A stretch of DNA of 64,000 nucleotides from Guillardia theta CCMP2712 (taxonomy: Eukaryota; Protista; Cryptophyta): the NCBI RefSeq assembly GCF_000315625.1, contig NW_005434624.1, forward strand, positions 40,611 through 104,610. Direction: 5' to 3'. The position numbers were made by a program, and so were the translations under genes. The notes below the pieces were generated by a model. The model did not search any database. It was not told the DNA's origin and saw only the letters and a program-made list of their open reading frames with translations. Below, piece after piece: positions 21,278-34,000 of this stretch; positions within the stretch are counted from its first letter, which is position 1; each line of letters starts with the position of its first letter.

Positions 21278-21395
21278 CTTGTCTTATCTTCATCTCCTTT
21301 TTCTTCTCGTAAGGCTTGCTGGAGGTCCTGATAGTAAAAGACTCTATTTTACTTGGGCATGAGCTTGCCTCTCCTGTTTGTGTCGCAGACATTCA

Positions 21396-23976
21396 CTAGC
21401 TGCTCGGTAAGATTGGGACGGAGAGCCCTGCACGTCGCGTCAGCTTCTTCTCGTCACCTTGCGCCAAGCTCTTTACCTTCCACTGCGACAGCATGCCTTC
21501 CGCTCCCTCCAAGTCGTTCTGCTTGATCTGACCAACGGTTGTCACAAGCACTCCCTCCCTCCCTCCCTCCCTCCCTCCCTCCCTCCCTCCCTCCCTCTCT
21601 TTCACTCTGCCTCTCCCTCTCTGATCCCTACCAGGATCAGCGCCATGCTTGCCAGCGTATCTGCGTCAGGTACAACACCGTCCTCCTTCATAGCCTTGAA
21701 TACTTGGTCCGCAGTCGCAAACTGCGAATGCAGCATGGCCATCTCGAGGAGGGCGTTGTTAAGGTAAACTAGGCGTTGCATCAAGAGGGGCTCGTAGAGG
21801 TTCTTGCGGTACTTCTCCAAGAAGAGAGGGTAGAAGGTAGAGAACATCTGCACAGAATCAGAGAAAAAGTCTCTCACCCACCTCCCTCTCGCCGCCCCCA
21901 CCTCCCTGCCTCCCTCTCTCCTCCCTGCCTTCCCGCCCCCCCACCATCAGTGTGTGGTTGAAGTCCCTCCGCCCTGCTGAGAGCATCCAGGTCGCGATGG
22001 AGCAGGGCGTCCGCAAGGCCTGCGAGTCTCGTCACGATATAACAAGCGCTGCGTCCTCACTCGCCTCAATGTCTTGAAGCACGCTACACGGGTTTGACAG
22101 CATGAACGTTTCGGCGGCTTTCAGGCGAAAGGCGTTGATGGAGGCCTTGCGGATGGCGTCAAAGGAGGGGAGGAGGAGTTGTCGATCCATCTCCGAGACC
22201 TGACGGCCACGTCACTCCTGCCTTTGCCCTCTTGTCCCTCACAAAGAGAAGCGCGTGTTGCGCGTTCCCTGCGCTCATGAGGGAGATGAAGTAGACTTCC
22301 CGACAGGAGTGCGAGGGCTTGAACCCGTAGGCTCCATACTGCTCCCACATGGCCGTGATCTGTTGCTACCCCGTCAGGCTGGTTGACCGCACGGAGCGAC
22401 GGACAGACATGTAATTTTTTGACGCTGGTGGCGAGCGAGATGAGAAGTTGCTTGAAAAAAGTCTCGTGCATCTGGTGCACCTCCAACCGTCACTCCCAGG
22501 CAGCAACACCAACACCCAGACCTCTTCTGCCTCCCCTTCGCCCTGCCCCTCCACCGAGGGAGGGCTTGACTCCGTCTTGGTCCCGGCTATCACGGAGAGG
22601 TAGATCTCCCAGACCGGCAGGATCGCGCGAGCATAGCCTGCCGAGATGGCTGTAGCGAGGATGAGCTCCAAGACATCCCGGCGCATAAAGTAGTCGCGGT
22701 GAGGAGTGACGAGTATGACCTTGACGATGAGGTAGAGATAATTCACTGTCAGCTGCTCCACCAGCCCATGTCAACCAGCCGTGACAAGAGGAGATGTGAG
22801 GCACCTTGGAGTTGAGAATCTTTAGCTTCAACGACGTGCAGTCAAGACCATGCTTTGCCTTGAAGGCATACAGCTCCATGAGCATGTCAAACCTTGGCGA
22901 GCGTCACAACGAGACACCCACGACAATCACTTGGCTCGTCCTCACCTCGAATTGGGGATTGTATTCTCAAGCATTTCGGCAACTTCTGCAGGCAGGGTAT
23001 TGTGCTTCTCCATCACCGCCTGATACTGGAGCAGCGGCTCGAGCCGACCGGACTGGGACATTCCTCACTTACAGCAGGCAAGGGATCCACCTACCTTGAC
23101 GGCGCAATTGATGAGGGTCTTGAAAGGCAGCCCATCCATGAGCACGTCTCTCTCATGGTAAAGTATGTACTCCAGCCAGAGCCGAGCTGAGTCGAACATC
23201 TTCATCGCCACCATCATGTTCATCGCCGTGTTGTAGTCCGACTCGATCAGCGGACTCTGGTGAAGGAAGCACTCGCGGCGGAGAATCTCCGACAGAGTCT
23301 CTATCTGTGCAGGTTTGAAGGATTTGAGCTTGGCCTGACATGCTCACATCATCGCTGGCAAGAAGCGACAAGGAAGAGGCTGACCAGGATGGTGTCTCGT
23401 ATTGAGTCAAGGATCACCTCTTGTTGGAAGAGCTGCTGCGCTTCATGCACCGAATCGAGGGATTCAGCTTTGATCGTCACGTCCAACACGTGCCCCTGCC
23501 TGCCTCTCACCCGTCACATGCACTGCCCAGACTACCATGCTTAGCACACCAATCATTGCCGTTGTCCTCTTGCACTTGCTGGAAGACGATCCTGCAGCGA
23601 GACTAAGAGCATGGAGTACAGGTCAGCACAGCCTTACAAAGCCCCTGTTCTCGCGGTGATCCTCTTCAACCGCCATCCCTTACGCCCACAGAATCTCCCG
23701 AGTGCCTGCACAGTCACGCGGAAGGAGGACTCAGAAGCTTCTCTCTCCTTCGCACGAACTTTGCTGCGCCTTGGCAGCGAATAGGTGGACGGCAAGGAAT
23801 GCTGAAGTGAAGCAGAGGCGGTCAAGGGCAGAGGGAAGCAGCCTGTCCAACAGTCACCAAGAAACGGCAATTACATGCGGCGACTCACCTGCTCCACGCA
23901 GCATCCATGGCAGAACTCTCCTCGCACAGTTCATGATGGCTCAATACATACACGTGCCTAGCAAGCGATGAGCCAT
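21396..23976 (-). CDS. Pentatricopeptide-repeat (PPR)-like helical protein, multi-exon
   Basis: YLNNALLEMAMLHSQFATADQVFKAMKEDGVVPDADTLASM and MWEQYGAYGFKPSHSCREVYFISLMSAG resemble PPR motifs. Confidence 0.55.
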
Positions 23977-24374
23977 GAAAGAGCAGCAAGAGAGAACGAG
24001 AAAGTCTCTAAGGACGAAAGAAAAGATTCAACTGGATGAGGCCTACATCACTTGATCCAAAATGCACGAGCCAGTGATGCAGGACGAGGTGGATGAGGGT
24101 CAGTGAGCGAATACAACGAGAGGCAGCACGATGATTATGTCGAATGACAGTGAACATATGAAACAAATCATTTCATATCTTCTCATCATCTGCCATGGGC
24201 TACGCTTCGTTTTGTTCCTTGGCCCCGCTCTGGTTTCTCTCTCAACCTCGGCCCCCACACCGAAAGTCTTCTACCAAGCTGTGGACCGCTTGCCACTCCC
24301 CTCAGCAACCATAGTATTCTTCGCCTTAATCTCGCCTTCACACTATGAATCCTTTCCCCTTCCTCAATAATTAC

Positions 24375-24882
24375 ATAATCAGCATCAACATATCCATCAT
24401 CACCTCAATCAGCAGGAGCAGGAGCAGGAGCAGGAGCACCACTATCACTACCACCACCACCACCGTCAGCATCAGCATCAGCATCAGCACCAGCACTTGT
24501 GCCAGCATCAGCATCAGTATCAGCACCAGCATCAGCACCAGCATCATCATCAGCATCGTCGTCGTCGTCGTCCTCATCATCATCATCTTCTTCTTCTTCA
24601 TCATCATCTTCTTCGTCGTCACCACCATCTTCATTTTCACCACCACCATCCTTCCCCCCCCCCCCCTCATCTTCCTCTTCCTCCTCCTCCTCCCCATCAT
24701 CATCCTCCTCCTCCCCATCCTCCTCATCATCATCATCCTCCTCCTCCCCATCCTCCTCCTCCTCCTCCTCCTCATCATCATCCCCATCCTCCTCATCATC
24801 ATCCTCATCATCATCATCATCATCCCCATCCTCCTCATCATCATCCTCATCATCATCATCATCATCATCATCCTCCTCATCG
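24375..24882. repeat. Compound trinucleotide low-complexity tract (CAG/CAT/CAC/CGT/CTT/CCT)
   Basis: Phased C-N-N triplets, which give spurious ORFs in several frames. Confidence 0.9.
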
Positions 24883-25500
24883 AGGTGTCTTCGCTACTTC
24901 GTGGCATTGCGGCTTATTGTCAGCGGCATGCGAGTTCTCTCTAGCACACAAATCTAGAATCCGAGTGGTCTAGAACAGAATCTAGAACAGAATCTAGAAC
25001 AGAATTGAGTGACTCGGTGTCACATGTCCGAGCCCGGCCCGGAACTTGAGCCTCAGTTCACTTCCGACTCAGAGCGGCCCCGATGGGCCCGGTGGCAGTT
25101 ATCGAAGGTAACGGATAGCGGGTAGGCCCTCTCATTGAGGTGCAGTTGTACACAACTGAGGTGGAGGACGAGGAGAGCCGCTTGAAGGAGGAGGAGGAAG
25201 AGGAGCCGCTGAGCCTTGGAGGAGGAGGAGCCTTGAAGGAGGAGGAGCCTTGCCCAGTGCCACCGAGGAGGAGGTGGCGCAGGAGGAAGAGGAGCCTGGG
25301 AGGAGGAGGTGGAGCAGGGCGGAGAGAATAATCGCTTAAAGAAGCAAGCTTGTAGGGAGGAGATGATGTCGGGAGAGATTTCGGAGACAGATTGGCAGAG
25401 ACGATTCACGAGAGGGAGGAGGAGCCGTCAAGACTAGGCAGACCCGGCCTCCGCTGCTCTTGGGCTGCTTGTTCGTATCCTTGGCTCCCAGGCCTCTGCC

Positions 25501-27460
25501 ATGAGTCGCAGAACAAGCTTGCCCTCGTCGCAATGGAATGCAGATTACATCAAGCAGGGGAACAAGTTCTGCCCCGTGCCTGAGTGGCAGGTCGTGGAGA
25601 GTTTGATGAAGATGCTTGAGGCTCCGGTTGCTCGCAATCGCAAGGACGTGCAGGATGGTCTGATGACGGAGAGGGACGCTGAGAGCGCCAAGGAGCTCGC
25701 CAAGGTGACTTCCAAGATCGGAATCCTCTCCATGCTCCCCCTCTACTCCCGCGTGCAGCTCTGCAAGACCATGAACTTGTCCAAGTACCGGAGTGACGCC
25801 AGCCCTCTCTTCACGCAGCACGAGTACAGCTCGCTCTACTTCATCTGCCTCGTCGGCTCCATCGAATGTACCTCAGCTGTTCTCGCCATGTCTGCCGCCG
25901 GCCTCACGCTCCTGGCAGGCGTTGGACTCATCCATCAGGGCACCGAGCATGAGACGCGCTGGAGCAGGAGGGTGGCGGCTGGCAAAGATCTCTGGGCAGA
26001 GCTTGGTGATGCTGCGAGGAGACGTTTAGCTGCATGACTAGCGTGCAGGGCTGGGAGGAGATCATGGCTGCGTCTGCTCGGGCTATCCTCAGCCCATACG
26101 CACAGGCTCGGTCCCCGCGACCACTGAGATCGCCAAGAGGTGAAGGAGTGGGAGAAGAGCATGCGGAGGTGATGCTGACTTGCATGGGAGGATGATGAAG
26201 CGCGTGTCCGGGTTCTGCTTCGTCCTCTCCATCTCCATGTCAGAGCTTCTTCGACAAATCAACGTCGACCCCTTCTACCTCAAGGCGATCCAGCTGGGCC
26301 TGCAGGAGGTGGCAGGCTGCTCGTCGCTCTTGGCGTCACTGACTGCTCGTAGATGGACGTGTTTGCTCACTGGGATGAACGAGACCTCCAGGTGACGCAG
26401 CTCGAGAGCTGCCGGTCAGACTCTGACGCGGGCGTGGCAGACGCTCTCCTTTCAGTTCCGTCGGCAGAAATTTCAGAGGGAGGAGGTGATAGTCTGCCGA
26501 GGCTCCAAGTCTCGCAGGTTCTACGTGGTCATCCGGGGCAAGGTGGAGCTCTCCTGGCCGCGAGCTGAGGCCCTCACGTACGGTCGCTTCCACCTGGAGC
26601 AGGCGATCAAGCAGGTCGTGTCTTCGGGGTCGCCTGACTCCTGCTTCGGCGAGGAGTCCATCTTGTCCGCTGCCTCCTCAGGTTGCGAGTACGACGCTAG
26701 GGTGATCACCAACTACGGATGCGAGCTGCTGTGGGCGGAGGCGAGTGAAGTGAAGGAGCTGCTTGCGGGGGAGACGCTTCTGAACCTCGCTGTCTTGTAC
26801 AAGGCTAGGAAAGAGTCGCTCTCCTCGGGCCAGGCCACCGTCATGGCGGAGATGACGTGTGCTGCTGCGAGCGAGGAGTCAAAGAGTCCTGTGAGAGGGC
26901 GGGAGAAGAAGGGCTACTTCCTAAAGTTCGACCCCAAACCAGTGGACCCGGAGACCCCTGAACGAGGGCTGAGCCGATCCCTCGCTGACTTCTCCTCCCC
27001 CTCTGATACAGTGAGAGACCTCAAGCCACGCAGCCACGGGCTCTCTCTGACGCAGCGACAGTCAGGTGCCAAGTCGACAGGAGAAGAGATGCTGAGATCG
27101 AGCACCAAGCGGATACTCTTCACGAGTTTTGCGAGTGAGGAAGGGGAGGACGAGAGTGCTGGAAGGGGCGAAGGCGGAGACTCACTTCCAGCTCTCATCG
27201 ACCTGGACCGGATCTACCGCAACAGAGAAACAAACATGCACATGCCCATCGAAGTCAAGGAGTCGAGGCTGACGCTCTACTACGCGTTGAACAAGAAGTT
27301 TGTCAGTCAGATGCTGCGAACTCTAGAGAAGAAGCGGAACATCGAGCGAGACTACAACCGCAAGGTCCTTGCACCCTCCGCTCCCAGGTGACGGCCAAAA
27401 CATCGAGCGAGACTACAACCGCAAGGTCCTTGCACCCTCCGCTCCCAGGTGACGGCCAGA
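25501..27460 (+). CDS. Cyclic-nucleotide-binding domain protein (two cNMP-like domains), multi-exon; 3' end uncertain
   Basis: GILSMLPLYSRVQLCKTM...LFTQHEYSSLYFICLVGSIE and IVCRGSKSRRFYVVIRGKVEL...SCFGEESIL...ARVITNYGCELLW. Confidence 0.75.
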
Positions 27461-27641
27461 CGGTGAAGGCTGGTCGGGGTGCCAGGGCAGGGGCAGGGGC
27501 AGAGGCAGGGACAGCAGTCTATCTCTGGGTTCGTGAGCAGCGGCCGATGAGAAGGACTGGAGGACGTGAGGATGTGAAGCTTGAAATGTCAGCAGCACCA
27601 GAGCGAGAGGTTCTGACACATGCTGAGGGCACTGAACCTAG

Positions 27642-27768
27642 CAGGGGCAGTGGCATTGGCAGGGGCAGTGGCAGGGGCAGGGGCAGGGGCAGGGGCAGGG
27701 GCAGGGGCAGGGGCAGTGGCAGTGGCAGTGGCAGGGGCAGTGGCAGGGGCAGTGGCAGGGGCAGGGGC
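27642..27768. repeat. Hexamer microsatellite (GGCAGG/GGCAGT)n
   Basis: Directly visible. Confidence 0.9.
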
Positions 27769-28012
27769 ATGATAAATCACAGAAACAACAAGGCAAGAAG
27801 ATCGATCATGTGCGAGTTGAGCACATGCCAGACCTCGGAGGTCAGTCAAAGAGACAGGGAGATCGGGATGTCTCGGTACTCGCAGCTCGAGCTGATGGCA
27901 GTAGAGGAGGGTGGGGGACGTGAAGATGTTGATCAACAAGTTTATTGTACTGAATGAATACTCATAGTTGCAAACATTTTCGATGCTCCCAGGCGTTTCT
28001 CAGCCCTGGAGT

Positions 28013-31000
28013 TTATGAGGCGTCGCCTGGCAAGGTGACTTCCTCGGGTGCTGGCGTGAACGTGTCTCCCTGGTACTGTTGGGCCTCACTTGTGGCCGGC
28101 ACAGTGGCAGGCGCAGGAGCTGAGTCGCTCATGATCGGCGTGCGGCATGTCGGGCAGCGCTTCCACGTGGGCTTGACCGGAGCCTTGCAGTTGACGCACT
28201 CGGCAGAGAAACCCATCACATCCTGCTGCGACATGCTCGACACGAACGCCTGCGCTGGCGCCGACTCCACCGTCTCCCCGGGCCTTTGAATCTTCGCTTT
28301 ACATCCTGGACACCTGGGCCAGCTTAGCTTGACGGGAGCTGAACACTGATGGCAAATGCCGCCGAAGCCTTGCTGCTCCACCAGAGTCTGAGCAGACACA
28401 GCCGACACAGAATCAACTCCAGCTGCAGCCTCGCTGATCTCCGGGTGATCGTATCCGAGAGTGGCGACCAGGTCGCGGCCCTCGGGTCGAGGAGCCTGCG
28501 CGATGTCCGTGCGACAGTTGGGACAGCGCGGCCAAGTTGACTTGACTGGGTTGTTGCAAGCCGAGCAGTTGATCCAACTCTCCGGGAGCGCAACAGCGGA
28601 GGTGTCGAACGTGCTCGCTTGAGGAATGACGCTCGATCGCAGGGCAGAGCTGTCGTAAACGGGTTCGGAAGGCGCCTCTGCTTCGACGTCTGCCTTCTTC
28701 TTGCCTGCCTGAGCCTGCTGGAGGCGAGCGTAGTAAGCGAGCACCAGCATACCGATGAAGAAGATCGGAACTATGATGGCAGCTGCAATCACTCCCGCCT
28801 TGCTGCCGGACCCGAGCTTCGAGGGAACCACAACAATGTTCGGATCTTTGGTGAACATTGCTGCGTACGTCGAGAAGTGCTGCAAGGTGGCCGAGGCCCT
28901 TCCTGTAGCGTCAGGTCCGCTGCCGTCGACCACAACCCATCGCTCAAGGTCGCGATCGAACGTGAACACTTTGAGCACTTCATCTGCCTGGGCCTGCTGG
29001 CTCACGCTCAGGCCCAGCACAGCTCCCTTGACGCTGATGCCATCCGGCTGCAGATCTACGACATCTCCTGCGAAGCGAACAACATCGGCGACTTGCATGG
29101 CAGGAGGGAGATCCTTGCTGTCGTACAGATCTCCCGAGACCGTTGTTGGTCCGCTAAGAGCGAAGGGAGGTAAGTAGAGGCTCGCGCCACTTGAAAGAGA
29201 GAAGGTGTAAGAGATGCTGATGTCGCTGATGTAGAATTCGAAGCTGTCCAAGGGTGTCAAAACAGTCGAGCAGTCAAGCCCAAAGTAATATCGATTGCAC
29301 ATACAGTATCCTGCCTCCGCTTGGCAGCTTCCATGACCAAGGCATGTGTACTGGGCTGAGCAATAACGGCTGCACTTGGCTCCTTCCTTGGGGTTGTAAA
29401 AGTTTGCAACGCACGTACACACACTGGGTGTAGAGTTGCTGTTCTTGCAAACGAAGTTCGATTCGATAGTACAAGAACTGCTACAGCCATCTCCGCTCTT
29501 CGTGTTTCCGTCGTCACATCCCTCCACGGGGATGTAAATTCCGTCACCACAGTTGCTGACGCACTTGTTGTTGACTTTCACATACCCATATGCACAATCA
29601 CACCTGTATGACCCTTCGGTGTTGACGCAGACTTCGGATACTCTATTGCAAGTGTCGGACTGATTCTTGCACTCATCAATGTCTCTACAATACCCTGATT
29701 CAGAGGCAGAGGCGTTGTACAGCTCGTAACCAGGTGGGCACGTTGGCCAGTCAAGACACATCGAGTTCCCTGTCGTGTTCTTGTACTTGCCATATGGGCA
29801 TGGCAAGCAATCGGCTCCGGAGGGGTAGGTGCCTGGTCCACAGGATGATCCACAGACCGCCGATCCCGCCACCGAACTTGTTCCGTTGGGACAAGGAGTA
29901 CATACGGAGTCCCAACTGCCACGATCAGGCTTGAATGTTCCTGCCGCGCATGGGCTGCAAATGCCTACTCCGTCCACGGTGTTGGAGACGCAGCCAGAAC
30001 GGTACTGTCCAGGTGCGCATGGAGCACAGCAAATTGAGTATGTTCCGGATCCGGGGTCCCTCCAGCAATCAGCACCAGGCTCCACTTGACAGGATGCGGA
30101 GCAGCCGTCCAAGGACACAAGGTTGCCATCGTCGCACGTCTCGTTTTGGCTAATCTTCTTGTCTCCGCAGTCCGCAAGCGCAGGGTCTAACGCTGCGAAA
30201 AACTCGGTGAGGTGATTACAACGGCAGGTCACAGACGTGTCCGATCTGTCAAAGACTATGCATCCCTGAAACCTGAATTGTTTGGTTGTGGGATCCAAGA
30301 AAGCGCATGACAACTTGTTTTTCCACCCAGCAACACCAAGAGCTGTGACGAGTTGAGGGTCTACAGGGATGACAACTGTGAAAGGAGAAGTAAGGTCCGA
30401 TACTGTTGCTTGAGTGCTTGAGTCTTGAGTAGCAAGCATAAGCGCGACCGAGGATTGGGACAACAAGTCGATGCTAGACACTTTGTTCAAGTTCGAGCGA
30501 ACTCCTTGAAACATGATGATCTTGTAGACATTGCTAGGCAAAGGGGAGAGAGATTGAGGGACCGTGAAATACCCAGTACCGGCAGCAGCAACTTGCAACG
30601 AAGTAGCAACTAGAGGAAAATTTGCCTTGGTTGTGGTCAAGTTGTGCAAGGAATTTCCAGTGAAGGTGTATAGTTCTCCTGCTGCAATCACTTTTGCATA
30701 TCCTTCGGCTATCGGGAACGTGCTCGCGTGCCTGTCGATGAGAAACTGAATGAGTTGCGACTCGGAGAGCACTACAGGCTCAGAAGAATAAGGGCAGACC
30801 GAGAGGGCGCCTGAAATCGATCCCATGAAGATCGCAAAGTTTTGATTCATTGTGGTGCTGAAGGAATCTCTACTCATATCCGTTGAAGATGCAGCCTTTG
30901 CCACTGAGACCGCACCATTGAACGTCGTATTTGAGATCAGACAAGGTGTTGGGATAGCACTAGCTCCAGCTTGAATGGTCTCTTCAGCATAGTCTTTTGT

Positions 31001-34000
31001 CAGGGCCGCATATGTAACAGCATACGAGAGGTTGAGAATGAGATCTTGTCGGTACTTGGCCTCATCCGTTGCCTGCAGTGTTGTACCAGCGATGGTGTTC
31101 CCGAGGTTTGACACAAGTTGGTTCACCGTGGACGCGCTCTTGAGCTGGTAAGCATCATTCAAAGCGGTCATTCCGTTCCCTATGTCATCTTGCACCGCAA
31201 GCAATCGACGACGACCAGCGCTGCTCGATATAGTGATCATAGTGGATCCAGCATCGGCTGCGGCACCAAGAGAATCCAGAACCTGCGCAATCGTCAACGA
31301 GAAAATATGAAAAGCATGAAGTAGTACCTTGGCTGTGACAACGACTTGTCCTCGTGGTAATACCATATCCAGGTAGTTGATTGGTGACGGGCTGAAATCA
31401 AGCTTCTTCGCATTGATGGTGACGCCAAACATGAAGCTCAAGGGAAGATCGGCGTCAATCCAGTTAGAGCAAGTAGTTCTGAAGTAGTCCTTGTAGGCGA
31501 TTCCAGTCGTCTCGCATGTCGTTGACGTTGATACTTTACATGTCTGGCACGTTCCTGAGCTTGGCGGACGATTGACCAGCAGGTTGATGGAAGATGAGCC
31601 AACTCGACCTTGATTGTCCGTTACTCTGAGCGTGAACTGATATTCGACCCCAGCAGTGAGGATTGGCGAGCTTGACAGGTCCAAACGCAGCACAAAGTTG
31701 ATTTTATTGCTTCCGAGGGGAACAAGATTTTGAGACAAGGTGGTGAAGGAAATTCCGTTATTCGCGGTCCAGGAGTACTGACTGATCTGACTAGCAGGCA
31801 CGTCGATGACACCTCCGAGGTTGATTCTTGCGTCGGGGTTGATTTTACTCAACCCCAACTTTGCATCAAAAGGCATGTCTCTCGTTTGAATGCCAACAGA
31901 AGGAATTCTTGTAGAGACCATATACACGTTGACGCTGGATGAGGCAGGAATTTTGCCTGTTTTAGATACAGTGACAGTGAAAATGAAGTAGTTGGACCCT
32001 GTCGAGGTCAGTGTGTCTGCAGCAATCGTTAAGATTCGCGCTGTTTCAAGTGTGACTGCATTGCCATCTTTGGTCAGGCAAGGAAGTTGGGTTCCAGAGA
32101 CCGTCTGCAGAACACAAGTCCATGCAAATTTCAGGAGGGCATCGGTCTTGCGCTCACTGAGGCGCAGATCAGGATCGTACGAACCGGAAGCATCCAGATT
32201 CAACTGCGATAGAGTTGAAATCGTGATGGTAGTTCCTGATGCGATCTTTGAAAACAGAGGTGTGGCTTTGACGTTGATGTCTACACTCGCCGAAACTCTT
32301 TTAGAGATATCTCCATCCATCGACATAGTCAGCGAGACCTTATACTTTCCAGGCGCCTGCGTGCCTGGTTTGAGGTACATCTGCGATTTATCTGACACTT
32401 GAGTGCTAGTTGTGGTGTCCGACAAAACCCACGCGAAGCTAAGGGCACTCTTGGAAGTTTGACAGAGAGAGAACTTGGCTTCTCCTCGCAAGAGGATCGG
32501 GTCGTTCACAGAGTATGACGTACTCCCCTCTATCAAAACTGTTGGGATAGGTGAAGCTTGTTTCGTAAGAGTGAAAAACTTCGTATCAGATTGAACTCCA
32601 AGAAAGTCTGTGGCTTGAACTGAAATTTTATACTGAAAGTTCGTCTCCAGTAGCGCAGGAGTCCCAGCAGGCATCGAAATTTGGTTTGAAGTCAAGAACA
32701 GCAAGATTGAGTTGAGACTGTCGCTGTTGCTGCTGCTCCAGGTGTACTTGAGAGGTCGAGGGGAGGCGATGGAGAAGACAATTCTCAATGCTGAGCATGA
32801 GTCAATGACAGCTGGTCCTGTCAGAATTCCTGGACCAGGAACAAGCTGAACTTTGGGTGGTTCTATCCGGAGAGGTTGTGTCAGAGGGACAGAAAACGAG
32901 GAAATAAGATTCTCCGACTTCAAGAAATTGTTCTTCAAATTCATAAAGTCGCCAGGCACGATCGTTGCACTTTTACCAAGCTTGATAATCAAACGTTTGG
33001 TTGTCTGCCAGACACACGTGTAACCAGATCCAAGCCCTGTGACATCTAGGAATGAACAGTCAGCTGAAAGAGACTTGCCATTGGTCTGCTGGTCGAATTC
33101 CACTTCGATAGCATCTCCCGCCGATTGAAAGCGCGCGCTCAAGAGAAGAGGAGCGAAGTAGATGTCATAGGATCCTGTGTAGAAGAGCGACGGGGAGCTC
33201 AAGTATGAGACCTTGATTGGGACGCTTGCCTTCCCTTCGATCACTGATAGTTCCGATCTAGTGAAGGTTGGAAGGGAGGCAACAATAACGTCCAATTGCG
33301 TGTAGCTTGCACTGGTGTACCAAGAGACCGAGCGAGGTTCCTTCGCTCCAAACTCGACCTTCAAATTGCTCAGCATATCTGTATTTGCAGGATTCACCCC
33401 AGGCAGGTACATGTACACAGATCCAACTGCTGGGCCTTGGCAGGTCACAGAGGCTAACGCCCCAGCTTGGGGAGTTCGGCAATATACTATGAGTTGCTGA
33501 TCGTAAACGAGGACTGAGAAATCAAGTGTGGAGAAAGCAGATACTACAATGTTTCCGGATAGAGTTCCTGTCTTATCGAAAGGCTTCGGTTGTATCTGAA
33601 AGACATATGACGACGATGAGGAGAAGACATTAAAAATGTCACTGCCGGAAAAATATGTTCCTTGTATTGACATCTGGAAACTTTGATCTATCACAGCATT
33701 TTCAAGTGTGACAGTCAAAATTCCACCGCCGCGGAGTGGCAAGGTACAATCTGTGTCAGATGATCGGATGGGTTCTGATCCGTCGCTACACAAACCTCCA
33801 GAAATACAAATTTTGCCTGGTACACATGTGGGACAGTAATCCATGGCAACAAGTGCAGCAGACGGTTGGTAATATTCAAACACCAAGCCACTGATCGCCC
33901 TTCTTTGTTCCCTCACGTAGACTTGATCTGCTGTGAACCCCGCTGGTACCTCTCCTCGACCACGAAAGGTAACGGTCAACGAGACGGACCCTGCGCTGTG

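Noticed and set aside
24345-24973. Poly-Met, poly-His, poly-Ser and poly-Ile ORFs (also at 54586-55359)
   Set aside because: They arise automatically from stop-free trinucleotide repeats.
24969-25004. TCTAGAACAGAA x3 as a transposon end
   Set aside because: No partner inverted repeat or TSD was found, so it is treated as a local tandem duplication.
31284-31328. Hydrophobic VLLHAFHIFSLTIAQ as an extra TM segment in the giant receptor
   Set aside because: It corresponds to a 45-nt in-frame GT..AG intron of typical size.
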